This document shows positions 26,561 through 36,143 of a DNA stretch of 64,000 nucleotides, one piece after another. A program made the translations under genes and the position numbers. This stretch comes from Clostridiales bacterium (GTDB taxonomy: Bacteria > Bacillota > Clostridia > Christensenellales > QALW01): NCBI GenBank assembly GCA_015069575.1, contig SVIH01000002.1, positions 75,508-139,507 on the forward strand, read 5' to 3'. A model generated the notes under the pieces. It ran no database searches. It had not been told where the DNA came from and saw only the letters and a list, made by a program, of their open reading frames with translations. Every line of letters starts with the position of its first letter. Position 1 is the first letter of the stretch.

Positions 26561-28351
26561 ATGATAAAATCAGATGAATTAAGAAGTAAATTTTTAAACT
26601 TCTTTCAAAGCAAGGGCCATACTATAATTCAGGGCGCATCGTTAATTCCTGAAAATGACCCAAGTGTGCTTTTTACAACTGCAGGTATGCATCCATTAGT
26701 GCCTTACCTTTTAGGTCAGCCTCACCCACAGGGAACAAGGCTTACCGATGTTCAGAAGTGTGTTCGTACAGGTGATATTGATGAGGTTGGCGATGCATCA
26801 CATCTTACATTTTTTGAAATGCTTGGCAACTGGTCATTAGGTGATTATTTTAAAAAGGAAGCCATAGCATTTTCATGGGAGTTTTTAACTTCACCCAAGT
26901 GGCTTGGATTAGATCCTGATAAACTTTATTTTACTGTTTTTGCAGGTGATGAAGATAGCCCAAGGGATACTGAAGCCGCATCTTATTGGATGGAAAACGG
27001 TGTTAAAGAAGATCATATATTCTATCTTCCTAAAGAGAATAACTGGTGGTGGGCAGGGGCACAAGGTCCCTGCGGTCCGGATACAGAAATGTTTATAGAT
27101 ACAGGCAAGCCAAAGTGTTCAGAAACTTGTTCACCTGCTTGTGATTGCGGTAAATATCTTGAAATATGGAACGATGTTTTTATGCAGTATAACCGCAACG
27201 CTGATGGCAAACTTTCACCTTTAACAAAGAAGAATGTTGATACCGGTATGGGATTAGAAAGAACTATTGGTGTTCTTCAGGGCGTTAAAAGTGTTTATGA
27301 AACTGATTTATTTACAGCATCATTAAATAAAATTGCTGAAATTTCAGGTAAAAAATACGGTGAGAGTGAAGATGTTACAAAGGCATTCCGTGTTATTGCA
27401 GACCATATCCGTACTGCAACATTTATTTTAGGCGATCCAAAAGCAGTAACGCCTTCAAATGTTGATCAGGGCTATGTTTTAAGAAGGCTTATCCGCCGTG
27501 CAATTCGTTTTGCAAACAGTTTGGAAATGCCTGTTAATTCAATTATTGAAATTTCAAAGGTATATATTGAACAGTATAAGAGAGTTTATCCTGAACTTCA
27601 GGAAAACAGCGCATTCGTTATTGAACAACTGCGCATTGAAGAAGATCGTTTTACAAGAACACTTAAACAGGGCTTAAAAGAATTCGAAAAAGTTTCAAAT
27701 CAAATGAGTGCTCAGGGTAAAACTGTTGTAGATGGACAAACTACCTTCCATTTGTATGATACATTTGGTTTCCCGCCTGAAATTACAAATGAAATGGCAA
27801 GGGAAAAAGGTTATAGCGTAGATATGCAAGGCTTTGAAGAGTGCTTTAAAGAACATCAGAAAAAGTCCTCACAAGGTTCAGAACAGCGCTTTAAAGGCGG
27901 TTTGGCTGAGCAGACAGAAGAAACTGCAAGATTACATACTGCAACACATTTAATGCATTCAGCGCTCCGCAAAGTTTTAAATGATCCCGATGTTCATCAA
28001 AAAGGTAGCAATATAACATCAGAGCGTCTTCGTTTTGACTTTACATTTGGCAGAAAAGTTACAAGGGAAGAACTTGATGAAGTTGAAAAACTTGTTAACC
28101 AGGCAATTGAGGCTGATGTTGAGATTATTTGCGAGCAGATGCCTTTAGAAGAAGCAAAAGCATCAGGCGCAATTGGTTTGTTTGAAAGCAAATATGATAC
28201 AGTAGTTAAGGTATACACCATGGGCGAGTATTCAAAAGAAATTTGTGGCGGTCCTCATGCTGCAAGAACAGGCGAACTTGGTAAATTTAAAATCAAGAAA
28301 GAAGAAAGTTCTTCTGCAGGTGTACGCCGTATTAAAGCTGTGCTTGAATAA
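26561..28351 (+). CDS. alaS: alanine--tRNA ligase, short form (catalytic + tRNA-recognition + core editing motifs; no C-Ala domain)
   Basis: N-terminus SKFLNFFQSKGHTIIQGASLIPENDPSVLFTTAGM, FFEMLGNWSLGDYFK, GPCGPDTEMF, WNDVFMQYNR, DTGMGLER. Editing-site HTATHLMH and CGGPH. Ends after GVRRIKAV at 596 aa. Confidence 0.8.
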   Translation: MIKSDELRSKFLNFFQSKGHTIIQGASLIPENDPSVLFTTAGMHPLVPYLLGQPHPQGTRLTDVQKCVRTGDIDEVGDASHLTFFEMLGNWSLGDYFKKEAIAFSWEFLTSPKWLGLDPDKLYFTVFAGDEDSPRDTEAASYWMENGVKEDHIFYLPKENNWWWAGAQGPCGPDTEMFIDTGKPKCSETCSPACDCGKYLEIWNDVFMQYNRNADGKLSPLTKKNVDTGMGLERTIGVLQGVKSVYETDLFTASLNKIAEISGKKYGESEDVTKAFRVIADHIRTATFILGDPKAVTPSNVDQGYVLRRLIRRAIRFANSLEMPVNSIIEISKVYIEQYKRVYPELQENSAFVIEQLRIEEDRFTRTLKQGLKEFEKVSNQMSAQGKTVVDGQTTFHLYDTFGFPPEITNEMAREKGYSVDMQGFEECFKEHQKKSSQGSEQRFKGGLAEQTEETARLHTATHLMHSALRKVLNDPDVHQKGSNITSERLRFDFTFGRKVTREELDEVEKLVNQAIEADVEIICEQMPLEEAKASGAIGLFESKYDTVVKVYTMGEYSKEICGGPHAARTGELGKFKIKKEESSSAGVRRIKAVLE

Positions 28352-28360
28352 AAATAATAA

Positions 28361-28386
28361 AGTGCCAGCTTGCTGGCACTTTTTTT
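28361..28386 (+). terminator. intrinsic terminator after alaS
   Basis: agtgccag / ctggcact hairpin followed by tttttt. Confidence 0.7.
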
Positions 28387-28402
28387 AAAAGAAGGTTTAA
28401 AA

Positions 28403-29020
28403 ATGAAAATAACTTATTTTGGCCATTCGTGTTTTCGTTTTGAAGAAGATGGCTATGCGCTTGTTATTGATCCCTTTAAAGATGTTGAAGGTTATAATGA
28501 TGTTAAAACAAGCGCAGATATGATTTTATGCAGTCATGACCATTTTGACCATAATGCAGTTTCAGGGGTAAAGCGCAAGGTTTCAGGAAAAGATAATCCG
28601 TTTTCTGTTACAATGATGCAAACATTTCATGATGAAAAAATGGGGCAGGAATGGGGCAAAAATTTAGTGCATATTATTTCTGCAAAAGATAAAACATATG
28701 TGCACCTAGGTGATTTAGGTCATTTGCTTGATGATAGGCAGGTAACTTTTATTAAAAAATGTTATTGTTTAATGATTCCTATAGGCGGTACATATACTGT
28801 TGATATTGAAAAAGCATTGAAAATAATAGAAAAAGTTGAGCCACAGATAGTAATACCGATGCATTATAAAAATGGAAAGTATGGTTTTTCTGTTTTAGAA
28901 AATCTTTCGGATTTTTTGGTAAAATGCAAGCGCAAAATAGCTGTTACAACTAATAGTGAATTTTTTGAATTACCTGATGGGGATAATCTTACAGTTGTTC
29001 CTGCAGTGTTTGAGGGATAG
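28403..29020 (+). CDS. MBL-fold metallo-hydrolase
   Basis: MKITYFGHSCF, HDHFDHN motif. The upstream extension of the tracked ORF overlaps the terminator, so the start is set at ATG 28403. Confidence 0.7.
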   Translation: MKITYFGHSCFRFEEDGYALVIDPFKDVEGYNDVKTSADMILCSHDHFDHNAVSGVKRKVSGKDNPFSVTMMQTFHDEKMGQEWGKNLVHIISAKDKTYVHLGDLGHLLDDRQVTFIKKCYCLMIPIGGTYTVDIEKALKIIEKVEPQIVIPMHYKNGKYGFSVLENLSDFLVKCKRKIAVTTNSEFFELPDGDNLTVVPAVFEG

Positions 29021-29031
29021 AGGAGAATTTT

Positions 29032-31311
29032 ATGTTTAAACAAGCAAAGCCGATTTGGGCAAAAGAATATGTTAATGAAAAAAATATTATGCTTGAATTT
29101 ACTGCAGATATGGTGTTTTCAGGCAAATTTTCAAAAATCAGAATTGCTGCAGATGCTTTATATCGCCTTATAATCAACGGTAAAATTGTTGCCCACGGAC
29201 CACAAAGAGCAGGCAAAGGCTTCTGGCGTGTAGATGAAATTGATCTTACACACAAACTTTCAAGGGGCGAAAAGAACGAAATAAAGATTCAGGTGCTTTC
29301 CTATGGCCTTGTTTCTTTTGAATATGTGCTTCAACAAGCGTTTTTAATGGCAGAATTAGAAATGGATGATAATGTTATTCTTAAAACGGGTGCCGATGGT
29401 GATTTTACTGCAAAACGCATTTTATCAAAGAAGCAGGAAACCGAAAGATATTCATTCCAACGCCCTTGTATTGAAGTTTGGGAACTTCCTGTAAAATACA
29501 GTGAAGAACTTGAACTTATTAATCTTGAAGATAAAAAAGTAATGGCACGAACAGCACCAATGCCACAACTTGATATTAAGCCTTTTGATAAACTAATTGC
29601 AAAAGGTGAAATGAAAATTCCTGCAGTTAATGTAGAAAGAAGAGCAACCCGCCGTGTCAGCACAGTTGAAAATTTTTGTTTTGATGATATTGAAGGCGGC
29701 TTAACATACAGGGATCATGTGCATCAGATGGAAACCATTAAGATTAATCATATGGAAGAAAATACCGAAGATGCTACATTTGAACTTAATGAGAATGAAT
29801 TTATAAACCTTAAACTTCCTTATGAAAATACAGGCTTTCTGCATTTTGATGTTCAATGCGCAAATGATGCAATAGTGTATTTTATATGGGATGAAATTCT
29901 TTGTAATGATGATGTTATTCCTACAGAACATTACGCGGGTACAACCAATGTAATTCCTTTTTATATTGAAGCAGGTGAACATCAGTTTACATGTATCGAT
30001 CCTAAAAGTTTTCATTATTTAAAGGTGCTTGATGTTAAAGGCAACGTAAAATTAAAAAATATTTCGTTAATGGAATATGTTAATCCAAACTCAAAAACAG
30101 CACAATTTGAATGCGATGATGAAGCGTTAAACCGCATTTATAATGCGGCAGTTCATACTTTTGAACAGAATGCTTCAGATATATTTATGGATTGCCCAAG
30201 CCGCGAGCGTGCAGGTTGGCTTTGCGATAGCTTTTTTACCGGAAGAACCGAAAAAGATATTACAGGAGAATCCTGTATTGAAAAAGGATTTTTGGAAAAC
30301 TTTTTCTATGCAACTGATTTTGGTAAATTGCCTAAAGGTATGTTTCCGATGTGCTATCCATCAGATATATTAAACACTGATGATGATATTGATAAGCGCG
30401 CGTTTATTCCTAACTGGGCAATGTTTTTAGTTGTGGAGCTTGAAGAATATGTAAAGCGCACAGGCGATACAGGCATTATTGAACTTGCCCGCCAACGTTT
30501 TTATGAATTGGAAGATTATTTTAAACAGTTCATTAATGGAGATGGGCTTTTAGAAAAATTAAACGGATGGGTTTTCCTTGAACATTCACAGGCAAATGTG
30601 TGGGTTCAGGATGTTAATTTCCCGTCAAATATGATGTATTATGCTATGCTTAAAGCAATGGCAAGAATGTACAACGACCACGATCTTGATGTAAAAGCAG
30701 AAGGTATTAAAGAAACTATCAAAAAACTTTCTTTTAACGGCAAATTCTTCCGCGACCATCAGATTTATGATGGAACAGGCAAAAAAGTAATACCTGAAGA
30801 TATTACTGAAGTTTGCCAGTATTATGCATTTTTCTCAGGGGTGGCAACAAAAGAAGAATATCCTGAATTATTAGAAATTATTGCAAAAGATTTTGGCGCA
30901 GGTCATAAATGTGAAAAAACTCATCCGGGTGTATATCCTGCCAATGCTTTTATCGGTAACTATTTAAGAATGGAAGTTTTATCTTTTAACGGATACCGTA
31001 AGCAAGTTATAAATGAAATTAAAGATTATTTTGATTACATGGCAATAAGAACAGGAACGCTTTGGGAATCCGATACAACAAGATCAAGTTGTAACCATGG
31101 TTTTGCATCACATGTAATACGATTTATATTCCGCGATTGCCTTGGAATTAATGAAATTGACGAAAACAATAAGAAAATTTATCTTAATAACGATTATACT
31201 GCGCCGCAGAATGCAAAAGCATTGATACCTCTTAAATCAGGCAGTATCAAAGTAATCATTGAAGGTGGAGCAAGAAAAGTTGAGATAGTGGGCGATTATA
31301 AAATTGGCTGA
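29032..31311 (+). CDS. six-hairpin glycoside hydrolase, alpha-L-rhamnosidase (GH78)-like
   Basis: 759 aa. N-terminal AKPIW... strand pattern and MDCPSRERAGWLCDS resemble the GH78 DCPxRxERxGW signature. Recall-based only. Confidence 0.45.
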   Translation: MFKQAKPIWAKEYVNEKNIMLEFTADMVFSGKFSKIRIAADALYRLIINGKIVAHGPQRAGKGFWRVDEIDLTHKLSRGEKNEIKIQVLSYGLVSFEYVLQQAFLMAELEMDDNVILKTGADGDFTAKRILSKKQETERYSFQRPCIEVWELPVKYSEELELINLEDKKVMARTAPMPQLDIKPFDKLIAKGEMKIPAVNVERRATRRVSTVENFCFDDIEGGLTYRDHVHQMETIKINHMEENTEDATFELNENEFINLKLPYENTGFLHFDVQCANDAIVYFIWDEILCNDDVIPTEHYAGTTNVIPFYIEAGEHQFTCIDPKSFHYLKVLDVKGNVKLKNISLMEYVNPNSKTAQFECDDEALNRIYNAAVHTFEQNASDIFMDCPSRERAGWLCDSFFTGRTEKDITGESCIEKGFLENFFYATDFGKLPKGMFPMCYPSDILNTDDDIDKRAFIPNWAMFLVVELEEYVKRTGDTGIIELARQRFYELEDYFKQFINGDGLLEKLNGWVFLEHSQANVWVQDVNFPSNMMYYAMLKAMARMYNDHDLDVKAEGIKETIKKLSFNGKFFRDHQIYDGTGKKVIPEDITEVCQYYAFFSGVATKEEYPELLEIIAKDFGAGHKCEKTHPGVYPANAFIGNYLRMEVLSFNGYRKQVINEIKDYFDYMAIRTGTLWESDTTRSSCNHGFASHVIRFIFRDCLGINEIDENNKKIYLNNDYTAPQNAKALIPLKSGSIKVIIEGGARKVEIVGDYKIG

Positions 31312-32026
31312 TAATGTTTTTGAAAAGAAGTATACCTTAAGGGGTTCGGATTTTGATTGTTTTAAAGAAATTAAACCAAGTGGCGTGCTTGATTTGTTTC
31401 AGGAAGTTGCAGGTCAACACGCTATAGAACTTGGCGTAGGTTTTTCAGATATGCAACAAAACGGCTTGCTTTGGGTAGTTTTAAAAGTAAAATATGAAGT
31501 GATAAAATCTCCCGAATTATATCAGAAAGTTATAGTTTCTACATGGCCCCTTGAACAAAGGCGTCTTGATTTTCAAAGGGAATATTTAATTAAAGATACA
31601 AACGGTGAAATTTTAATAAAAGGCACAAGTCAGTGGGCAGTAATTGATAAAAATACCCGTAAAATTGTTAAGGTAAAAGATGTTTATAAAAATATAAATT
31701 CCTTTATAAGCGAAAATAATTTTGATGAAAAACTTTTGCGTATACAAGATTTTAGCGGTATAAAAGCATTGGAAATCACAAGCCAAATTTCTCATCTTGA
31801 TCCAAACGGGCATGTAAACAATTCTAAATATGGTGATTTTGCGCTTGATGCAATAAAATCAACAAAACCAATTAAAATAAAAAAATTCCAAATTGATTTT
31901 CATAAAGAAATACTTTTGAATCAAATTACCGATATTTTTACTTTAAAGCAGGAAGATATGATTTTAATTAAAGGCGTTCAGAATGATGAGTATATGTTTT
32001 TAGCAAAAATAGAAAGGAATTTTTAA
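31304..32026 (+). CDS. acyl-ACP thioesterase
   Basis: Double hot-dog length (240 aa), with strings YTLRGSDFD...LFQEVAGQHA...LLWVV and HVNNSKY typical of the bacterial FatA/B-like family. TTG start overlaps the upstream stop. Confidence 0.7.
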   Translation: MADNVFEKKYTLRGSDFDCFKEIKPSGVLDLFQEVAGQHAIELGVGFSDMQQNGLLWVVLKVKYEVIKSPELYQKVIVSTWPLEQRRLDFQREYLIKDTNGEILIKGTSQWAVIDKNTRKIVKVKDVYKNINSFISENNFDEKLLRIQDFSGIKALEITSQISHLDPNGHVNNSKYGDFALDAIKSTKPIKIKKFQIDFHKEILLNQITDIFTLKQEDMILIKGVQNDEYMFLAKIERNF

Positions 32027-32038
32027 GTTTAATAAATA

Positions 32039-32085
32039 AAAAGGCACTTATGCGCATATAAGCATAAGTGCCTTTGTTATTTGAT
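32039..32085. terminator. bidirectional intrinsic terminator
   Basis: aaaggcacttatgc / gcataagtgccttt 14-bp stem, between the thioesterase gene and convergent spoIVA. Confidence 0.75.
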
Positions 32086-32116
32086 TTGCTGTGCTTTTTA
32101 TAAGCACGGCATTTTT

Positions 32117-33592
32117 TTATAATAAAATACAGATAAGTCCGCCACTGCCATCATTAACGATGCGTTCCATAGTCTTTTTAATTTTTCCGCGTGCTTCAAT
32201 AGGCATATTGTTAAGTTTAGTATCAAGCCCTTCCATAACAAGTGAATGTAAACTTTTGCCAAACATATTGCTTTCCCATATTTTTTGCGGATCATTTTCA
32301 AACTCGCTCATCAGATATGTAACAAGTTCTTCGCTTTGCTTTTCACTACCAACAATAGGATTAACTTCTGTAGAAATATTAACTTGCATTAAGTGAAGGC
32401 TTGGTGCGCTTGCTTTTAATTTAACGCCAAAATGTCCACCTTGTTTAACGATTTTTGGTTCTTCAAGGGTCATTTCCTCCATTGAAGGTGAAACTATGCC
32501 GTATCCTGTTAAACGCACTTGTTCCAAAGCCTGCTTAATACGGTCATATTCTTTTTTAGCGCTGATAAGATCACGCATCAGTGTTATTAGATGATAATCG
32601 CCTTTAATTTCCTGCCCGCATTCCTGCCCTAAGATACTGTAAAATAGATCAGGCTTAATATTAAGATTATAAGTAACAGTTCCGCTACCTAAAAGAACTT
32701 TATCCAGGCTGATACCAAGCACATTTTCACTTGGTGTAAATGTATTCAGAATTTGGTGGTAATCACGCATTTTCTTTAATTCACCATCAAAAGAAATTGA
32801 AGAAAGTATTTCCTCAATTAACGGATGATTGCTTTCTAAAGCCTGTATCCATTTAGGAATTTTAATTCTTAATTCTTTTAACGGGAATTCAAATAAAACT
32901 CTTTCTAAAATGGATTGAATATCAGGTAATTCCATTTGTGAAATATCAAGTGGCATAACAGGTACAGAATATTTTTCTTCCAGAGCCATTTGAAGTTTTT
33001 GAATTTCTACGCTGTAAGGGTCATTGGTATTAAGAACAACAATAAATGGCTTGCCTAAATCTTTTAATTCACTGATTACCCGTTCTTCAGCATCAATATA
33101 ACTACTTCGTGAAAGCCCTGTAAAAGAGCCATCACTTGTAACAACAACACCAATGGTGGAATGGTCACATATAACTTTTCTTGTGCCAATTTCAGCAGCC
33201 TTTTCAAAGGGCATTTCGTCATCTGACCAGGGCGTACGAACCATTCTGGGCATATCGTCTTCTGTATGTCCCAAAATACCATCTATTAAATATCCAACGC
33301 AGTCAACCAAACGCACATTAAACGAAGTATGTTCATTAAGTGAAATCTGAACTGCTTCATTTGGCACAAATTTAGGTTGAGTGGTCATAATAGTTTTGCC
33401 GCTTGCAGATTGTGGCAACTCATCCATAGTGCGTATTTTTTCGTTTTCATCCTGAATATTAGGTAAAACCTGAAGATCCATAAATTTTTTTATAAAGGTG
33501 GATTTGCCGCTTCTTACCGGCCCAACAACGCCTATATAAATATCACCGTTTGTACGCTGTGAAATATCATTGTATAAATCAAACTGTTCCAC
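32117..33592 (-). CDS. spoIVA: stage IV sporulation protein A (spore coat basement-layer ATPase)
   Basis: GTG start after GGAGGA. IYIGVVGPVRSGKSTFIKKFMDL Walker A, DELPQSASGKTIMTTQPKFVP, C-terminal NDGSGGLICILL; collinear with my recollection of B. subtilis SpoIVA. Confidence 0.95.
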   Translation of the reverse strand: MEQFDLYNDISQRTNGDIYIGVVGPVRSGKSTFIKKFMDLQVLPNIQDENEKIRTMDELPQSASGKTIMTTQPKFVPNEAVQISLNEHTSFNVRLVDCVGYLIDGILGHTEDDMPRMVRTPWSDDEMPFEKAAEIGTRKVICDHSTIGVVVTSDGSFTGLSRSSYIDAEERVISELKDLGKPFIVVLNTNDPYSVEIQKLQMALEEKYSVPVMPLDISQMELPDIQSILERVLFEFPLKELRIKIPKWIQALESNHPLIEEILSSISFDGELKKMRDYHQILNTFTPSENVLGISLDKVLLGSGTVTYNLNIKPDLFYSILGQECGQEIKGDYHLITLMRDLISAKKEYDRIKQALEQVRLTGYGIVSPSMEEMTLEEPKIVKQGGHFGVKLKASAPSLHLMQVNISTEVNPIVGSEKQSEELVTYLMSEFENDPQKIWESNMFGKSLHSLVMEGLDTKLNNMPIEARGKIKKTMERIVNDGSGGLICILL

Positions 33593-33625
33593 TTTTTATC
33601 CTCCTTACCGTTTTAAACACACTAT

Positions 33626-33655
33626 AAACTATGAATAAAAAATATTTGATATGAC
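33626..33655 (-). promoter_or_regulatory. sigma-E-like sporulation promoter upstream of spoIVA
   Basis: Minus strand GTCATATC (33655..33648), 14 nt, CATAGTTT (33633..33626). Resembles the sigma-E consensus (xTCATATT, 14 nt, CATACAxT). Confidence 0.45.
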
Positions 33656-33768
33656 AAAAATAGGACGAAAATTAAAAAAAATACACAGTTGTTTCACCTT
33701 ATTTTCTGTTTACTTTTTCTCTATTATATAGTATAATTTATTTTATAATGAAATAATAGGGGTATTGT

Positions 33769-34503
33769 ATGCGCAGGTTCTACTGTACAAATGAAGAAAT
33801 CATAGATGGTTTAGTATATTTTGATAAAAATGAATCGAAGCATATCAGCCGTGTTTTAAGGCTTGAAAAAGGTGAAAATATCATTGTTTCTACCGGCGAT
33901 GGCATAGATAGATACTGCACCTTAACTAAAACAGGTGAAGAAGCCGTTGCTAAAATTTATGAAACCCTTAAAAACGAAAACGAACCTGAAAGCGAAATAG
34001 TATTATTTCAATCTGTTATAAAAAATGAAAAAATGGATTTATTAATTCAAAAGGTAACAGAACTTGGTATAACAAAGATTGTTCCTGTTATAACAGAACG
34101 CACAGTTGTAAAAATTGAAGATAGCAAAAAAGAACTTAAAAAACAGGATAGATGGCAAAAGATAGCCCTTGAAGCATGTAAGCAGTGCGGAAGAAGCCGC
34201 GTGCCGAAAGTGGAAAGCGTAAAAAGTTTTGATGAAGCCATTGAACTTTTTAAAAGCTGTCAGTTAAAGATTGTTGCATACGAAGAAGAAACAACAAAAA
34301 GTATAGTTTCTGCAATACCGAAATCAAAAAGCATCGGATACTTTATCGGTGCTGAAGGTGGTATAACTAAAAAAGAACACGAAAAATTAAAACAGGCAGG
34401 CGCAATAAGTGTTTCTTTAGGTAAACGCATATTACGCGCAGAAACTGCCGCCATAGTTACAGGGGGCATAATACTTGCCTTAAATGGTGAAATGGATGTA
34501 TAA
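33769..34503 (+). CDS. rsmE: 16S rRNA (uracil1498-N3)-methyltransferase
   Basis: MRRFY..., PUA-like N-domain, SPOUT C-domain (IGAEGG, LGKRILRAETA). Confidence 0.85.
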   Translation: MRRFYCTNEEIIDGLVYFDKNESKHISRVLRLEKGENIIVSTGDGIDRYCTLTKTGEEAVAKIYETLKNENEPESEIVLFQSVIKNEKMDLLIQKVTELGITKIVPVITERTVVKIEDSKKELKKQDRWQKIALEACKQCGRSRVPKVESVKSFDEAIELFKSCQLKIVAYEEETTKSIVSAIPKSKSIGYFIGAEGGITKKEHEKLKQAGAISVSLGKRILRAETAAIVTGGIILALNGEMDV

Positions 34504-35776
34504 ATGTGCAGTAACATCCTTAGGATGTAAAGTAAATCAATGCGAAGCCGAAGCAATAAAAACCCAGATGAAAGATATGGGTTATGAAATATGTGATTTT
34601 TCTAAAAAGGCTGACGTTTATATTATAAACACCTGCTCTGTTACTAAGGAAGGTGAACGCAAATCAAGGCAGATGGTTCGCAGGGCGCAAGGCTTAAATG
34701 AAAATGCAAAAATCTGTGTTACAGGTTGTGCTTGCCAGAAAGAGCCTGAAATATTTAAAAATATTGAAGGCGTAAAGATAGTTTGCGGTAACTCAAAAAA
34801 ACATCTACTTCCTAAAATGATTAAGGAAGAATTAAGTGGTATTTTTGTTGAGGATATGGCAAAATATGATTGCTATGATGAAATGCCCGATAGCGCCATT
34901 GAAAAAACCCGCGCTTTTATAAAAGTGCAGGATGGCTGCAATAATTTCTGTTCATACTGCATTATCCCATACCTTCGTGGCAGGGAACGCTCAAGAAAAA
35001 TAGAAAATATCATAAAAGAATCAACTAAATTAAGGGATATGGGCTTTAAGGAAATCGTAATAAACGGTATCCATCTTTCTTCCTACGGTAAAGAGTGGGA
35101 TTTTAAGCCTTCACTTAAAGATGTTGTTAAAGAAATTTGCAATATTTCAGGAATTGAACGGGTGCGCCTTGGCTCACTTGAACCAAGGGTTATAACAGAT
35201 GAATTTTTAAAGGTGCTTTCAGAAAATAAAGAATTTTGCCCTAATTTTCATCTTTCATTGCAGTCAGGCTGCGATACTGTTTTAAAAAGAATGAACCGCA
35301 AATATTCAACAGAAGAATATTTTTTAGCAGTTAAGCGTATCCGCGGTGTGTTTCCAAGTGCATCAATTTCAACAGATATAATTACAGGCTTTCCCGGTGA
35401 AACGGATGAAGAATTTAATAAAACTTTAGATTTTGTAAATAAAGTTGGGTTTGCATGGGTGCATGTTTTCCCTTATTCTAAAAGGGAAGGTACTGTTGCA
35501 GAGAAAATTCCTGATCAGGTTATTAAACAAACAAAAATTTTAAGGGCGCACAAATTAAGTGAACTTACCGATAAAATAGGCAAAGAGTATCGTGAGCAGT
35601 TTGTTGGTAAAATAAAAGGTGTGTTGTGCGAAACTAATGAAAACGGTGTTCAGACCGGTCTTATTAAAGAGCATATTCAGGTGTGTTTTAAAAGCGTACC
35701 TATTGAAAATGAAATTATAAAAGTTAAAATTACTAAAGTAACTGAAAAAGGGCTTTGGGGTGAAAGGATAGATTAA
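34484..35776 (+). CDS. mtaB: tRNA (t6A37) methylthiotransferase MtaB (radical SAM)
   Basis: MiaB-like N-domain, CNNFCSYCIIPYLRG radical-SAM cluster, TRAM C-terminus. rsmE-mtaB synteny as in Bacillus yqeU-yqeV. Confidence 0.8.
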   Translation: MVKWMYKCAVTSLGCKVNQCEAEAIKTQMKDMGYEICDFSKKADVYIINTCSVTKEGERKSRQMVRRAQGLNENAKICVTGCACQKEPEIFKNIEGVKIVCGNSKKHLLPKMIKEELSGIFVEDMAKYDCYDEMPDSAIEKTRAFIKVQDGCNNFCSYCIIPYLRGRERSRKIENIIKESTKLRDMGFKEIVINGIHLSSYGKEWDFKPSLKDVVKEICNISGIERVRLGSLEPRVITDEFLKVLSENKEFCPNFHLSLQSGCDTVLKRMNRKYSTEEYFLAVKRIRGVFPSASISTDIITGFPGETDEEFNKTLDFVNKVGFAWVHVFPYSKREGTVAEKIPDQVIKQTKILRAHKLSELTDKIGKEYREQFVGKIKGVLCETNENGVQTGLIKEHIQVCFKSVPIENEIIKVKITKVTEKGLWGERID

Positions 35777-35777
35777 A

Positions 35778-36116
35778 ATGGATTGTATTTTCTGTAAAAT
35801 AGTAAATGGTGAAATTCCTTCGGATAAGGTGTATGAAGATGAGTTTGTATTGGCTTTTAACGATATACAGCCTGCAGCGCCGGTGCATGTACTTGTTATC
35901 CCTAAAAAACATATTGAAAGTGTAGTGGCATTAACTGAAGAAGATGATAAGTTAATAGCCCATATTTTTAAAGCAATCCGCGTTATTGCAAAAGAGCAAG
36001 GGCTTGAAAACGGTTTCAGGCTTGTAAGTAATGTTGGTGCTGATGGTGGGCAAAGCGTAAAGCACCTTCATTTTCATATTTTAGGCAAAAAACAGTTTAC
36101 AGAGAATTTTGGTTGA
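35778..36116 (+). CDS. histidine triad (HIT) family nucleotide hydrolase
   Basis: CIFCKI... and HLHFHILG HIT motif, 112 aa. Confidence 0.85.
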   Translation: MDCIFCKIVNGEIPSDKVYEDEFVLAFNDIQPAAPVHVLVIPKKHIESVVALTEEDDKLIAHIFKAIRVIAKEQGLENGFRLVSNVGADGGQSVKHLHFHILGKKQFTENFG

Positions 36117-36143
36117 TATAATCGTAAAAGAAAAAAGTAGGAT

